Source: Thermoplasmata archaeon
Lineage (GTDB): Archaea > Thermoplasmatota > Thermoplasmata > Thermoplasmatales > GCA-001856825
Length of the DNA stretch: 64,000 nucleotides
Direction: 5' to 3'
Assembly: GCA_021817415.1 (NCBI GenBank)
Contig: JAKAUZ010000030.1
Location: forward strand, 5,224 to 69,223
Below, one piece after another: positions 49,041 through 58,926 of the stretch (the stretch's first letter is position 1; the number at the start of each line of letters is the position of its first letter). A program made the position numbers and the translations under genes. Under the pieces are notes generated by a model that worked only from the letters and a program-made list of their open reading frames with translations, did no database searches and was not told the DNA's origin.

Positions 49041-49973
49041 GCAAGTAATATAATAAAATGGATAATAATTGTTGTCTGTCAGATTTGAAGGTTCAAACAT
49101 TCTATAGGTTGGTTAAACTAAGTTGATGGATAAAGCAATTGGATCACTTCTCGTCCGTGTGAACCGCGCTTAATTAAATTTCTGGCATACCAGTTTTGAA
49201 TTAGAATGCCAAAAAACAGCCTCTGGTTATCTTAAATTGATGGCAGGCATCTAACAGATGTGAATTCGCGGGCGATCATGATTCATGAAGAATTTAAGTA
49301 ACAAACGAGTTGGAAAACGATGGTTGATACTCACAAAGTTCAAATTGCACAGTATCCCATATTTTGAGTATCTAACGGATATCTCCTCCAGAACTCCTTT
49401 CTTCTAGAGAAGAGATCAGAAAGTCTAAAGGAAGATAAGAATATCTTCATTGCATTCAAGCCCTTTCGCAAAGGGAAGCAACAGTCTATTATATGGAGTG
49501 GATTCAATATAATTTTAGATTTCAAAGCGAAGTATAAAGGCGGTGTCCAAAACCTGAAGATCAAAACTGTAGAAATACAGGGAATAGAAGTGCCAATCAT
49601 AGGCTTCGTGAAATTCAACAGCGAATGATGCCCACAATGTTTAAGTACGTCTTGCAATTCGGGTATTAGTGACTATGATAGAAAGCAGGAACTGGATTTT
49701 TACCATTCCGTGCCTCTTTTCAGCCTATAGTTACTGATATCTCCATCTGGTATTTTGGTGTAATTTATGAATCTTGACAACTTCATAAGTATGACCTCGT
49801 TAAGGTCACGCATTTCTGCGGTGTGTTGCTTCGCTTTATCTAGAAGTATATTTTACCAAATGCCGATCATGATGTGTACGTCAGTTCCGAATTGGCAAAG
49901 GTCATTTTGTCATGGCATTGCATGGAAGTTTCAATCCTTTCTGGGAGACATTTTTCAAGAGAAGGAATGTTGA

Positions 49974-50798
49974 ATGAATAATATATACAAGAACGTCAAA
50001 TTGGCCTCACTTGGCGGATCAGAGAGAACGGCAGTGAGGGTAGGAGATGTGGAAATCGGGAATGGGCTAACAGTTATAGGAGGACCATGCAGTGTCGAAA
50101 GTGAGGAACAGCTGTTGGAGACTGCAGTAAAGGTTAAGCAGGCAGGAGCTGACCTGCTTAGAGGCGGGGTATTCAAGCCAAGAACATCTCCCTATTCATT
50201 TCAGGGGTTGGGGCTTAAGGGCTTGAAGATTCTGGAGAAGGCCAGAGAGATAACAGGCCTACCGATCGTCTCGGAGATACTAGATACAAGGGACGTCAGA
50301 TGGGTCAGCGACTATGTTGACGTAATACAGATAGGTGCCAGAAATATGCAAAACTTTTCTCTTCTGAAAGAAGTAGGAAAGACTAGGAAACCTGTTCTTC
50401 TGAAGAGAGGGATGCAGTCAACACTGGAAGAATGGCTAAACAGCGCTGAATACATATTAAACGAAGGCAATCCTGACGTAATTCTATGTGAGCGTGGCAT
50501 TAGAACATTCGAGACCTATACTCGCAACACCCTTGACCTCAGTGCAGTACCAGCGCTGAAGGAGCTGACTCATCTACCTGTGATCGTTGATCCTTCCCAT
50601 GGCACGGGAAAGGTCAGCCTGATAGAACCCATGAGTCTTGCTTCAGTTGCTTCTGGTGCAGATGGGCTGATCATAGAAGTGCACAGAGACCCCTCTCAGG
50701 CACTTAGTGATAAGGATCAGGCACTCACGCCTGACCAGTTTTCAGAACTGGTGAGAAAGGCCAGGACCGTCCGGTCTACCATGGAGAGATTGGCATGA
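49974..50798 (+). CDS. aroF: DAHP synthase, type I-beta, no regulatory domain
   Basis: [37 protein letters not shown]. Confidence 0.96.
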   Translation: MNNIYKNVKLASLGGSERTAVRVGDVEIGNGLTVIGGPCSVESEEQLLETAVKVKQAGADLLRGGVFKPRTSPYSFQGLGLKGLKILEKAREITGLPIVSEILDTRDVRWVSDYVDVIQIGARNMQNFSLLKEVGKTRKPVLLKRGMQSTLEEWLNSAEYILNEGNPDVILCERGIRTFETYTRNTLDLSAVPALKELTHLPVIVDPSHGTGKVSLIEPMSLASVASGADGLIIEVHRDPSQALSDKDQALTPDQFSELVRKARTVRSTMERLA

Positions 50799-51826
50799 AC
50801 GTCATGAAACTCCAAGCGAAAAGCGGGTCTACTAAGGTGATTTTTTCGGATTTCGAAAGATTCCTCTCGACTATCAGAGGTAGAGCGAAGGTCTTGCTGG
50901 TGACAGACGAAAACGTCCTGTGGATTTACGGTGACAAAATGAATGACCTTGACATGATAGTAATTGAAGCTGGCGAAAGTGCAAAGACACTTAGAAGCGT
51001 GGAAAGAATTTACGAATATCTTTTGGAGTACAGCGTGGACAGGTCGTCAATGATCGTCGGGGTGGGGGGAGGAGCAGTATCTGACGTAACAGGTTTTGCA
51101 GCCTCCACTTTCATGAGAGGGATACCCTTCGGGTTTGCCCCAACAACTCTTCTTGCCCAGGTTGACGCAAGCATAGGTGGAAAGAATGGGGTAAATTTCA
51201 GAGGATTCAAGAACATGATAGGAACTGTAAGGCAGCCAGAATTTTGCCTGATCGATTTTTCATTTTTGAAAACTCTGCCATCCGATCAATTAATGTCAGG
51301 TATGGCGGAAGTCATCAAGTGCGGGGTTATCCTGAACAACAAACTATTTGAGTACTTGGAGGAAAATCACTCCCCCATATTATCCTTGGATGATCAAAGT
51401 CTTGCATATGCAGTTTCTGAGACAATTTCAGCCAAGATAAGCGTTGTAGGAAAGGATGAGACGGATAATGGAGAAAGAATGAAGTTGAATTTCGGGCACA
51501 CCGTGGGTCATGCTATTGAAAAGGTGTCCGGTCTTCCTCACGGCCACTCAATAGCGATTGGCATGGTGGCCGAATCACGACTTGCAGCACGCAAGGGGTT
51601 TCTTCCCATAGCAGAAGTCTTGAGAATAGAAGAGCTTCTGAAAGCAATAGGCTTACCGACAAGATCGGGAACAAGTAGCACTGATGTTTTAGAAGCTATC
51701 TCCAAGGACAAAAAGAGTTCTGGGGACTCGATCAACATCGCATTGCCAGAAAAGATTGGAAATGGAATTATTTATAAGATCAAGAAGCAGGAGCTGAAGT
51801 ACGCGGTTCAGGAGGTATGCAAATGA
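50795..51826 (+). CDS. aroB: 3-dehydroquinate synthase
   Basis: [35 protein letters not shown]. Confidence 0.96.
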   Translation: MNVMKLQAKSGSTKVIFSDFERFLSTIRGRAKVLLVTDENVLWIYGDKMNDLDMIVIEAGESAKTLRSVERIYEYLLEYSVDRSSMIVGVGGGAVSDVTGFAASTFMRGIPFGFAPTTLLAQVDASIGGKNGVNFRGFKNMIGTVRQPEFCLIDFSFLKTLPSDQLMSGMAEVIKCGVILNNKLFEYLEENHSPILSLDDQSLAYAVSETISAKISVVGKDETDNGERMKLNFGHTVGHAIEKVSGLPHGHSIAIGMVAESRLAARKGFLPIAEVLRIEELLKAIGLPTRSGTSSTDVLEAISKDKKSSGDSINIALPEKIGNGIIYKIKKQELKYAVQEVCK

Positions 51827-52476
51827 AAAAAGCAACGGTTTCAAAGATATGCGTGAGCATTTCTGGGCTATCGGTTCCTGAAATTCTTGAGGAGACAAAG
51901 GGAATGGAAATGGCAGAGATAAGGCTTGACGGGGTGAATTTCACACCCGAAGACATCAGGGAGATATTCTCTGTTCGTGCTCAGATGATTGCAACGTGCA
52001 GGGCTGGAAAACTGAAAGACGAAGATAGAATGAGACTCTTGATGGAGGCAATAAAATCCGGAGCAGCGTATGTGGACATAGAGATTGACGCAAAGAAATG
52101 GTACAGGGAGAAGATTATCAGGGAAGCAAGAAGAAATGGGTGCAAGGTGATCTTGTCCTACCACAATCAAAGACTGACGCCTCCAGACGATGTCCTTCTC
52201 AACATTGCCAAGAAATTCAAGTGGATGGGGGGAGATATACTCAAGATCGCATGCAAGGCAAATACACTTTCAGATACTGCGAGACTCATCGGTCTTCTTG
52301 GTCATCTGGAAAATACAGTTGTTGTAGCAATGGGGGAGAAAGGAAGGATCAGCCGGGTTGTGGGCCCGTTGATGGGAGCGCCCTTCACCTATGCTTCACT
52401 TTCTAAAGGCAAGGAGACTGCAGAAGGTCAGATTGAATTCGGAAGGTTGAAGGAAATAATGAGTTCGATCTTATGA
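51823..52476 (+). CDS. aroD: type I 3-dehydroquinate dehydratase
   Basis: EIRLD, YVDIE, SYHN, KIAC, AMGEKG.ISR, TAEGQ; ATGA overlap with aroB. Confidence 0.93.
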   Translation: MKKATVSKICVSISGLSVPEILEETKGMEMAEIRLDGVNFTPEDIREIFSVRAQMIATCRAGKLKDEDRMRLLMEAIKSGAAYVDIEIDAKKWYREKIIREARRNGCKVILSYHNQRLTPPDDVLLNIAKKFKWMGGDILKIACKANTLSDTARLIGLLGHLENTVVVAMGEKGRISRVVGPLMGAPFTYASLSKGKETAEGQIEFGRLKEIMSSIL

Positions 52477-53783
52477 TGGCAAACAAGAGTCTGTACTGCC
52501 TGATTGGGGACCCTGTTTCTCATTCCATCTCTCCATCAATCCAAAATTACGCTTTTCGTAGTTCATGCGTAGACGCCGTATATTTTCCAATTAAGGTCAA
52601 ATTTGGAGAGCTAGGGAGATGCATTGGAATTCTAAGGGACCTGGATGTTAAAGGGATGAACGTGACAATGCCTCACAAGATGGAAGTTATCCGGTACATA
52701 GATAAGTTAGACGAAACGGCCCAAAGAATAGGTGCTGTAAACACGATCGTAAACGACGTAGGTACCCTTAAGGGTTACAATACAGATGCCACCGGGGCAG
52801 TCGAGGCTATAAGTGAAGCAGTCGGCGACCTCAAAGGGAAAAAGGCAACGATTCTAGGTCGAGGGGGAATGGCAAGGGCGGTATCATTTGGCCTGGAACG
52901 GGAAGGAGTCGAGACAAAGATGCTTGGGAGGAAGGAAATGGGAGAAGAGTCCATAGGACGAGAAATAAAGGACTCAGACATAGTTTGCAACTGCACCCCA
53001 ATAGGTATGAATGGAGAACCATCGCCAATATCATCAACACTCATGAGAAGGGACCTTTTGGTTGTGGACGCAGCCTATGCAACCCGTAAAACTGAACTGA
53101 TCAGAAACGCGGAAATTAGGGGGTGCAGGACCATCACCGGGTTACAACTGCTCGTCAATCAGGGGGTCAATGCCTTCAAGTTATGGACCGGCCTCGATCC
53201 TGACAAGGATGGGATGATGGAATCTGCAAGACTAAGGATTTCTGAGAACAAGAGACGTGGGAGAAGGAACGTCTACCTTGTTGGATTTATGGGAAGTGGA
53301 AAGAGTAGTGCAGGTCAGCTCATAGCCAAGACCTTGAAAATGAAATTTGCGGATACAGATAATCTCATATCCAAGGAATTTGGTAGTACTGTCAAGAATA
53401 TTATAGAGGGGTTAGGAGAGTATGAGTTTCGAATGATGGAAAAGAGGACAATCGAAGCGTTGAGCATCAGAAGAGGGACCGTGGTTGCAACCGGGGGAGG
53501 CTCGGTGCTTAACTACGACAACATTCACCGCATGAAGGAAAGTGGACTCATCGTTCTTCTTAACGTTTCACCCACAACTGTGATGGAAAGATTGAAGGGT
53601 AGCTCTTCCCATCCATTATTGAATGGAAGTCGAGGGGAGATTGATTACCAGAAGGTAGAGAATCTGCTTTCAGCCCGCAAACATTACTACGATATTGCCA
53701 AGGACGCAGAGATCGAAACGGATGGAAAAGGAGTTGAAGTCGTGGCTGAAGAAATAATCAGAGAGATAGGTGGTTTGAAATGA
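52473..53783 (+). CDS. aroE: bifunctional shikimate dehydrogenase / P-loop shikimate kinase (AroE-AroK fusion)
   Basis: HSISP, NVTMPHK, GAVNT, GYNTD in the N-terminal part; LVGFMGSGKS, FADTD, ATGGG in the C-terminal part. Confidence 0.93.
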   Translation: MMANKSLYCLIGDPVSHSISPSIQNYAFRSSCVDAVYFPIKVKFGELGRCIGILRDLDVKGMNVTMPHKMEVIRYIDKLDETAQRIGAVNTIVNDVGTLKGYNTDATGAVEAISEAVGDLKGKKATILGRGGMARAVSFGLEREGVETKMLGRKEMGEESIGREIKDSDIVCNCTPIGMNGEPSPISSTLMRRDLLVVDAAYATRKTELIRNAEIRGCRTITGLQLLVNQGVNAFKLWTGLDPDKDGMMESARLRISENKRRGRRNVYLVGFMGSGKSSAGQLIAKTLKMKFADTDNLISKEFGSTVKNIIEGLGEYEFRMMEKRTIEALSIRRGTVVATGGGSVLNYDNIHRMKESGLIVLLNVSPTTVMERLKGSSSHPLLNGSRGEIDYQKVENLLSARKHYYDIAKDAEIETDGKGVEVVAEEIIREIGGLK

Positions 53784-56161
53784 ATGACTGGGGAGTGAGG
53801 ATGGAGATTGGTAAGTCTACAGTTGAGGGAGAAGTTACGGCATCACCGTCAAAGAGTCAGACTCACCGCGCTCTTATATGTGCAGCACTTGCAGAGGGAG
53901 TGAGCACGATATACGGCCCTCTGCTATGCGATGACACCGAGGCAACGCTACAGGCATGCAAGTCTATGGGAGCTGAGATACTTTCCAAAAGCGAGGAGAA
54001 AATCGTAATAAGAGGAATAGGAGGAGTATTCAGCATCAAGGAAGGGAAGATCGACTGCAAAGAATCCGGTTCCACAATGCGTTTCTTCACACCGTTAGCA
54101 GCAATATCTGGGGGGAAGATTTCTTTTATCGGTCGTCCCAGCTTGGAAAAGAGGCCTGTTCTGGAATTGTTGTCTGTGCTCGAAGATCTAGGGGCTTCTG
54201 TTGAGTATTCGCGGGACATTGGTAGCCTTCCGTTCACAATAGCAAGTAAAGGAAAACTCTCAGCAGGTCAAGTCAAAATAAGTGGGAACGTTAGTTCACA
54301 ATTCATATCAGGACTCCTCTTTGCTCTCCCTCTCCTCTACGGGGAAAGCAATATCATAATAACCACAGACCTAGAATCAAAAGACTATGTTGAGCTCACC
54401 ATTGATGTCCTTGAAAGATTCGGAATTTCGGTTCACAGGAGCCCTGATGTCAGGAACATCACAGTTCAAGGAGGGCAAACTTACAAGGCATCGGAAATTA
54501 CGATTGAGGGGGACTATTCATCGTCAGCTTACCTCCTCGCCGCCGGAGTTCTTGCTGGAGGAGAAGGAGGGGTTACCGTAAGAAACTTGAGAAGCGAATC
54601 GAAACAGGGTGACAAGAGGATCATAGCGTTTCTAAAATCCATGGGTGCCGACGTAGAACTTGGAGATTCTTCAGTCACCGTATGGAGAAGTGATTTGTCC
54701 GGTTGCGAAATAGATGTGAGTGACACACCTGATCTGGCCCCAGTGCTAGCTATTGTGTCCGCATGCTCAAAAGGTACGACCCTTTTGAAAGGGATAAGGA
54801 GACTGAGGTTCAAGGAAAGCGATCGGGTCGATTCAACGGAATGGATGATGAATGGCCTTGGTTGCAAAATAAGGGTAGAAGAAAATGCATTGAGCATTCA
54901 AGGAGGAATAGACTTGAGCTCACCTGTATTCTTGAACTTTCAGGATCACAGGCTAGTGATGAGCAGTAGCGTCGCAGGATTGGTTAGAAGCGGGAAAACC
55001 TTCGTGGGTGGTCCTACTGCTATCAAAAAGTCCTATCCTGATTTCTTCGACCATCTGCGTGCACTTGGGGGTGATGTAACTACAATAAGCAACTCCCTTG
55101 GAAAAATTCTGAAAGTTTCTGTTTACGGGGAAAGCCATGGTAGGAGAATTGGTGCAGTTCTAGAGGGAGTGCCCAGAGGAATCACGGTCGAAAGAGAATA
55201 TGTACAGAAGGAGTTAGACAAGAGAAGAAGCACGACGCTCCTTACCACAACCAGGAGGGAGCCTGATACAGTTGAAATCCTGAGTGGTCTAAAGGAGGGA
55301 ATTACGACAGGAGAGGTGATAAGGATGGAGATCAAGAACATGGACGTTAAATCGGATGCGTACATAAAAGGAAAAGGACTTATAAGGCCTGGGCACGCAG
55401 ATTATACTGCAAGGCAGAAGTATGGAAGTGTGTTTGACTATAGGGGAGGGGGATTCCTTTCTGGTAGGATGACGGCCACCTTCGTAGCCGCAGGTTCCGT
55501 GGCAAAGAAGATAATTGCAACAAAGGGTGTCAGGGTTCTCTCTCACATTGTACAGATAGGAACCATAAAGAGCGATTTTAATCCAAGCGACGAAGAGATT
55601 GAAAATGCAGAAACAGAAGGGATCATAAGATGCATCGATCCAGAGAAATCTAAAGAGATGCAAAGAGCCATAGAGGATGCAAGGAGCCAGGGAGACTCTC
55701 TGGGAGGAATAGTTGAATGCAGGATTGTTGGCTTGCCGGTAGGGGTAGGGGAACCAATATTTCATTCCTTAGAGAGCGAGATTTCCAGAACCATGTTTGC
55801 AATTCCCGCGGTCAAAGGGGTAGAGTTCGGGTCTGGCTTCAGGGGAGCTGGAATGAGAGGAAGTGAGAACAACGACCCGTTTGCGATACGGGATGATAGG
55901 GTCGTGACTCTGACAAATAATGCTGGCGGGATCCTCGGGGGAATAAGCAACGGAATGACAGTAGTGTTTAAGGTGGCTTTCAAGCCCACATCGAGCATTT
56001 CAAGGGTGCAGCGAACCGTTGATTACTCAAAGGGTAAGGATGAAATGATTTCGGTCATGGGTAGACACGATCCGTGCATAGCGGTTAGGGCTCCACCTGT
56101 CGTAGAAGCGATGGCCGCACTAACCGTAGCCGATCTCATGATGATATCGGGTGACATATGA
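53780..56161 (+). CDS. aroA: bifunctional EPSP synthase / chorismate synthase (AroA-AroC fusion)
   Basis: SKSQTHR, SSQFISG, LRFKESDR, DHR, KSYPDFF, then GESHG, RPGHAD, GGILGGISNG, GRHDPC. Confidence 0.94.
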   Translation: MNDWGVRMEIGKSTVEGEVTASPSKSQTHRALICAALAEGVSTIYGPLLCDDTEATLQACKSMGAEILSKSEEKIVIRGIGGVFSIKEGKIDCKESGSTMRFFTPLAAISGGKISFIGRPSLEKRPVLELLSVLEDLGASVEYSRDIGSLPFTIASKGKLSAGQVKISGNVSSQFISGLLFALPLLYGESNIIITTDLESKDYVELTIDVLERFGISVHRSPDVRNITVQGGQTYKASEITIEGDYSSSAYLLAAGVLAGGEGGVTVRNLRSESKQGDKRIIAFLKSMGADVELGDSSVTVWRSDLSGCEIDVSDTPDLAPVLAIVSACSKGTTLLKGIRRLRFKESDRVDSTEWMMNGLGCKIRVEENALSIQGGIDLSSPVFLNFQDHRLVMSSSVAGLVRSGKTFVGGPTAIKKSYPDFFDHLRALGGDVTTISNSLGKILKVSVYGESHGRRIGAVLEGVPRGITVEREYVQKELDKRRSTTLLTTTRREPDTVEILSGLKEGITTGEVIRMEIKNMDVKSDAYIKGKGLIRPGHADYTARQKYGSVFDYRGGGFLSGRMTATFVAAGSVAKKIIATKGVRVLSHIVQIGTIKSDFNPSDEEIENAETEGIIRCIDPEKSKEMQRAIEDARSQGDSLGGIVECRIVGLPVGVGEPIFHSLESEISRTMFAIPAVKGVEFGSGFRGAGMRGSENNDPFAIRDDRVVTLTNNAGGILGGISNGMTVVFKVAFKPTSSISRVQRTVDYSKGKDEMISVMGRHDPCIAVRAPPVVEAMAALTVADLMMISGDI

Positions 56162-57239
56162 ATTGAAAGGGGATGATGATGTGGATTTAAAGGAAATTAG
56201 GAAAGAAATAGATCATATAGATTCCGACATTTTTGGTCTTCTGGAGCGTAGGATGACGCTTTCCATTAAAGCAGGAAGGGTGAAGAATAAAATAGAGGAC
56301 AAGAAGAGAGAGCATGAGATATTGAGTTCCCTGAAAGAGAAATCAAGTCCGCCTATAAGGCCAGATTTTATACAAGGGTTATACCAACGCATAATGTCAG
56401 AATCTAAGAAGCTTCAGCAAGAAGAGCACAGGCTAGCGGCGTTCCAGGGGGAGAGGGGGGCATTTGGAGAGATGGCTTCCAGGGAATTTGACAAAGATGT
56501 CATTCCAGTACCATGCAAGAATTTTTCTGATGTGTTTGAAGGAGTATTGAATGGAGAATTCGACATTGGTGTTGTTCCCATTGAAAATTCATCAGAGGGA
56601 GCAATTACTTCTGTGAGTCATCTTGTTGCCGAAGGGAAGCTGAATATCGTAGGTGAAGTGGCCTTACAGATTCACCATTCCCTGCTTAGCCACCAGGAAG
56701 TTTCTCTTGAGGACGTGAGGGTCGTATATTCCCATCCTCAGGCGCTTGCCCAATGCAGGGATTTCATTGCAAGAAACAAAATGGAGTCTAGGCCCTTCTA
56801 TGACACCGCTGGGGCCGCGAATATGATTGCTAAAGAGAGGCCAGCCGGAGCAGCAGCCATCGCAAGTAAAACGTGCTCCAGTATCTATGGGTTAAACGTC
56901 CTCAAGGAGGAGATTGAGGATTCAAGATACAATTACACTAGATTCATCGTTCTTTCTAGAAAGAAGCTCCGTAGAAAGGGAAATAAGTGCTCCATCACGT
57001 TCTTGACAGATGACAGAGTCGGCGCGCTGACAACGGTACTGAACGTATTTAAGGATGAGGGGATAAATTTGACAATGATTGAGTCTATTCCCTCGAGGGA
57101 CTATACTGGCAGATCGAAGTTCCTGATAGATTTTAAGGGACATTATTCCGAAAGCAACGTAGGAAGAGCCCTGAGGAAAATTAAGCGTGGTACTGTGGGA
57201 TTTAGACTGTTGGGATGCTACAGGAGTTGGGAATTATGA
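56151..57239 (+). CDS. pheA: chorismate mutase / prephenate dehydratase (P-protein)
   Basis: IRKEID.ID CM domain; FQGERGA, PIENS, SHPQALAQC, NYTRF, IES.P ACT. Confidence 0.94.
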   Translation: MTYELKGDDDVDLKEIRKEIDHIDSDIFGLLERRMTLSIKAGRVKNKIEDKKREHEILSSLKEKSSPPIRPDFIQGLYQRIMSESKKLQQEEHRLAAFQGERGAFGEMASREFDKDVIPVPCKNFSDVFEGVLNGEFDIGVVPIENSSEGAITSVSHLVAEGKLNIVGEVALQIHHSLLSHQEVSLEDVRVVYSHPQALAQCRDFIARNKMESRPFYDTAGAANMIAKERPAGAAAIASKTCSSIYGLNVLKEEIEDSRYNYTRFIVLSRKKLRRKGNKCSITFLTDDRVGALTTVLNVFKDEGINLTMIESIPSRDYTGRSKFLIDFKGHYSESNVGRALRKIKRGTVGFRLLGCYRSWEL

Positions 57240-58012
57240 GGGCAACTATCGTAGGCACTGGAAGGATGGGAAAGTGGCTTGCCAATGTTCTGAAAGAGGA
57301 CTGGAATATAGCCGTATACGATGCTGATCCGAATAAAACAGCCGGAATCTCGGGGGTAGAGGTACTATCGTCGCCCGGTGATATCAGCGGCTATCGACCA
57401 GACATACTGATCAACGCTGTCACCCTTGGAAACACAATAAGAGTATTCGAGGAAGTAGTTCCATACCTTTCAAAGGAGTGCATATTGGCGGACATATCAT
57501 CTATCAAGGGAGATATATCAACTTATTATTTTCACAGCGGGTACAGGTTTGTTTCGACTCATCCCATGTTTGGGCCCACTAACGCTGATATGAACCAACC
57601 AAAGGGGGAGAGTGCAATAATCATAAGAGAATCATACGAAGTGGGCAAGAACATTTTTCGTGAATTTTATGAAAAGATGGGATTAAAGTTGTACGAATTT
57701 TCGTTCAGTGAACATGACTCTATGATGGCATATTCCCTGACGTTACCATTCTCTTCATCTATGGTATTCGCTGCGTGCGTAGACACAAAAGCTGTCCCAG
57801 GAACCAACTTCAGGAAACATATGGAACTAGCGAAGGGCATATTGTCAGAAGACGACAGTCTCCTTTCTGAAATACTTTTCAACCCAGAATCAATAAAACA
57901 GCTAGAAACGATAACTTCTAGATTAGAGTACCTGAAACATATAATCCTTGCCAGAGATTACGAGGAGGCAGGAAAGTTCTTCGATAGACTAAGGGAAAAC
58001 ATCTTACGGTGA
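57236..58012 (+). CDS. tyrA: prephenate/arogenate dehydrogenase
   Basis: GTGRMG, DISSIK, HPMFGP, EHD; ATGA overlap at 57236. Confidence 0.92.
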   Translation: MRATIVGTGRMGKWLANVLKEDWNIAVYDADPNKTAGISGVEVLSSPGDISGYRPDILINAVTLGNTIRVFEEVVPYLSKECILADISSIKGDISTYYFHSGYRFVSTHPMFGPTNADMNQPKGESAIIIRESYEVGKNIFREFYEKMGLKLYEFSFSEHDSMMAYSLTLPFSSSMVFAACVDTKAVPGTNFRKHMELAKGILSEDDSLLSEILFNPESIKQLETITSRLEYLKHIILARDYEEAGKFFDRLRENILR

Positions 58013-58260
58013 TCCAATGTGATGATTCTTATTTGAACCATAGATGTATCAGGAACTGTGTTGAAGATCACTGTAGGTGGTCATTTTCCAAGTAGTCAAA
58101 GAGCTATATCAAGCCCTTTCTAGATGCAATGTCTATTGATTCTCCTTAACTTATCATATTCCCACAATAATCTCGTAAAATCAATATGAGGAACTCCCTT
58201 TTCACATTATGAACGGGGAGCCTTTGAAATTAGAAATCGATATTAATAAGGCGAATCTCA

Positions 58261-58548
58261 TCAGGAGCTGACTACGCGGAGCATTAAGTACAATGCAGTT
58301 ATCAGGAAAACGTTCAGCAACATAACCATAGAAGCTAGGCCCCAACCGAACCTTGCCGAGAGGAAGTACGTAAGGTAGACAAGAAGTGTTTCAAACAGGA
58401 CCATGAACACTGAGAACAGAATGAGATTGAGCATCACACCCTGCCCATTTCTCCTGTAAGTACCAACGAATGAAAGAAGGATGGCCATAAATATGGCTAT
58501 TTCTGCTCCCTCCATCACAAAGTTCACGAGCCATGGTGTCCCGATCAT
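58261..58548 (-). CDS. small 3-TM membrane protein
   Basis: 95 aa hydrophobic; ATGA overlap with the wHTH gene. Confidence 0.7.
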   Translation of the reverse strand: MIGTPWLVNFVMEGAEIAIFMAILLSFVGTYRRNGQGVMLNLILFSVFMVLFETLLVYLTYFLSARFGWGLASMVMLLNVFLITALYLMLRVVSS

Positions 58549-58871
58549 TCCGTTTTGCCCCCTATGAGTTTCCCAATTATTTTCTTCAATTCCACTTCAA
58601 ACATGCTGTTCACGTAAACCAATCCTCCATATCTCTGATCCTCAAGTATTAGGTTGTTCTCTGAAAGCACGCTAAGGTGATGGGTTACAGTCCTGTAGTT
58701 CAGGCCAAGACTTTTACTCAGCTCATTCCTGTTCGTAGGGTTATTCAGGAGAAGGCTGAGAATCTTGATTCTCGTGTCGCCTCCCCGAGAGGCTATGAGG
58801 AGCCAGAAGAGCGACTTCTTCAACTCAATATCGCCAATCTCTATTTCTTTGAAGTTGACCCTGTACCTCAA
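58545..58871 (-). CDS. ArsR-like winged-helix transcriptional regulator; start re-called to TTG 58871
   Basis: WLL.ASRGG.TRIKIL..L...P.N.NELS..LGLNYRTV.HHL.VL; TTTTATAA box about 25 nt upstream. Confidence 0.82.
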   Translation of the reverse strand: MRYRVNFKEIEIGDIELKKSLFWLLIASRGGDTRIKILSLLLNNPTNRNELSKSLGLNYRTVTHHLSVLSENNLILEDQRYGGLVYVNSMFEVELKKIIGKLIGGKTE

Positions 58872-58926
58872 CGCTAGTGTGAATGAATAGCCTTTATAAA
58901 AAAGTATAGAAGAAAAGTAAATCTGT

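Noticed and set aside
49340-49657. 105-aa minus-strand ORF
   Set aside because: Likely the antisense shadow of an interrupted plus-strand frame; no motif
49774-49806. Bacterial sigma70 promoter (TTGACA) before the aro operon
   Set aside because: No -10 hexamer at the proper spacing
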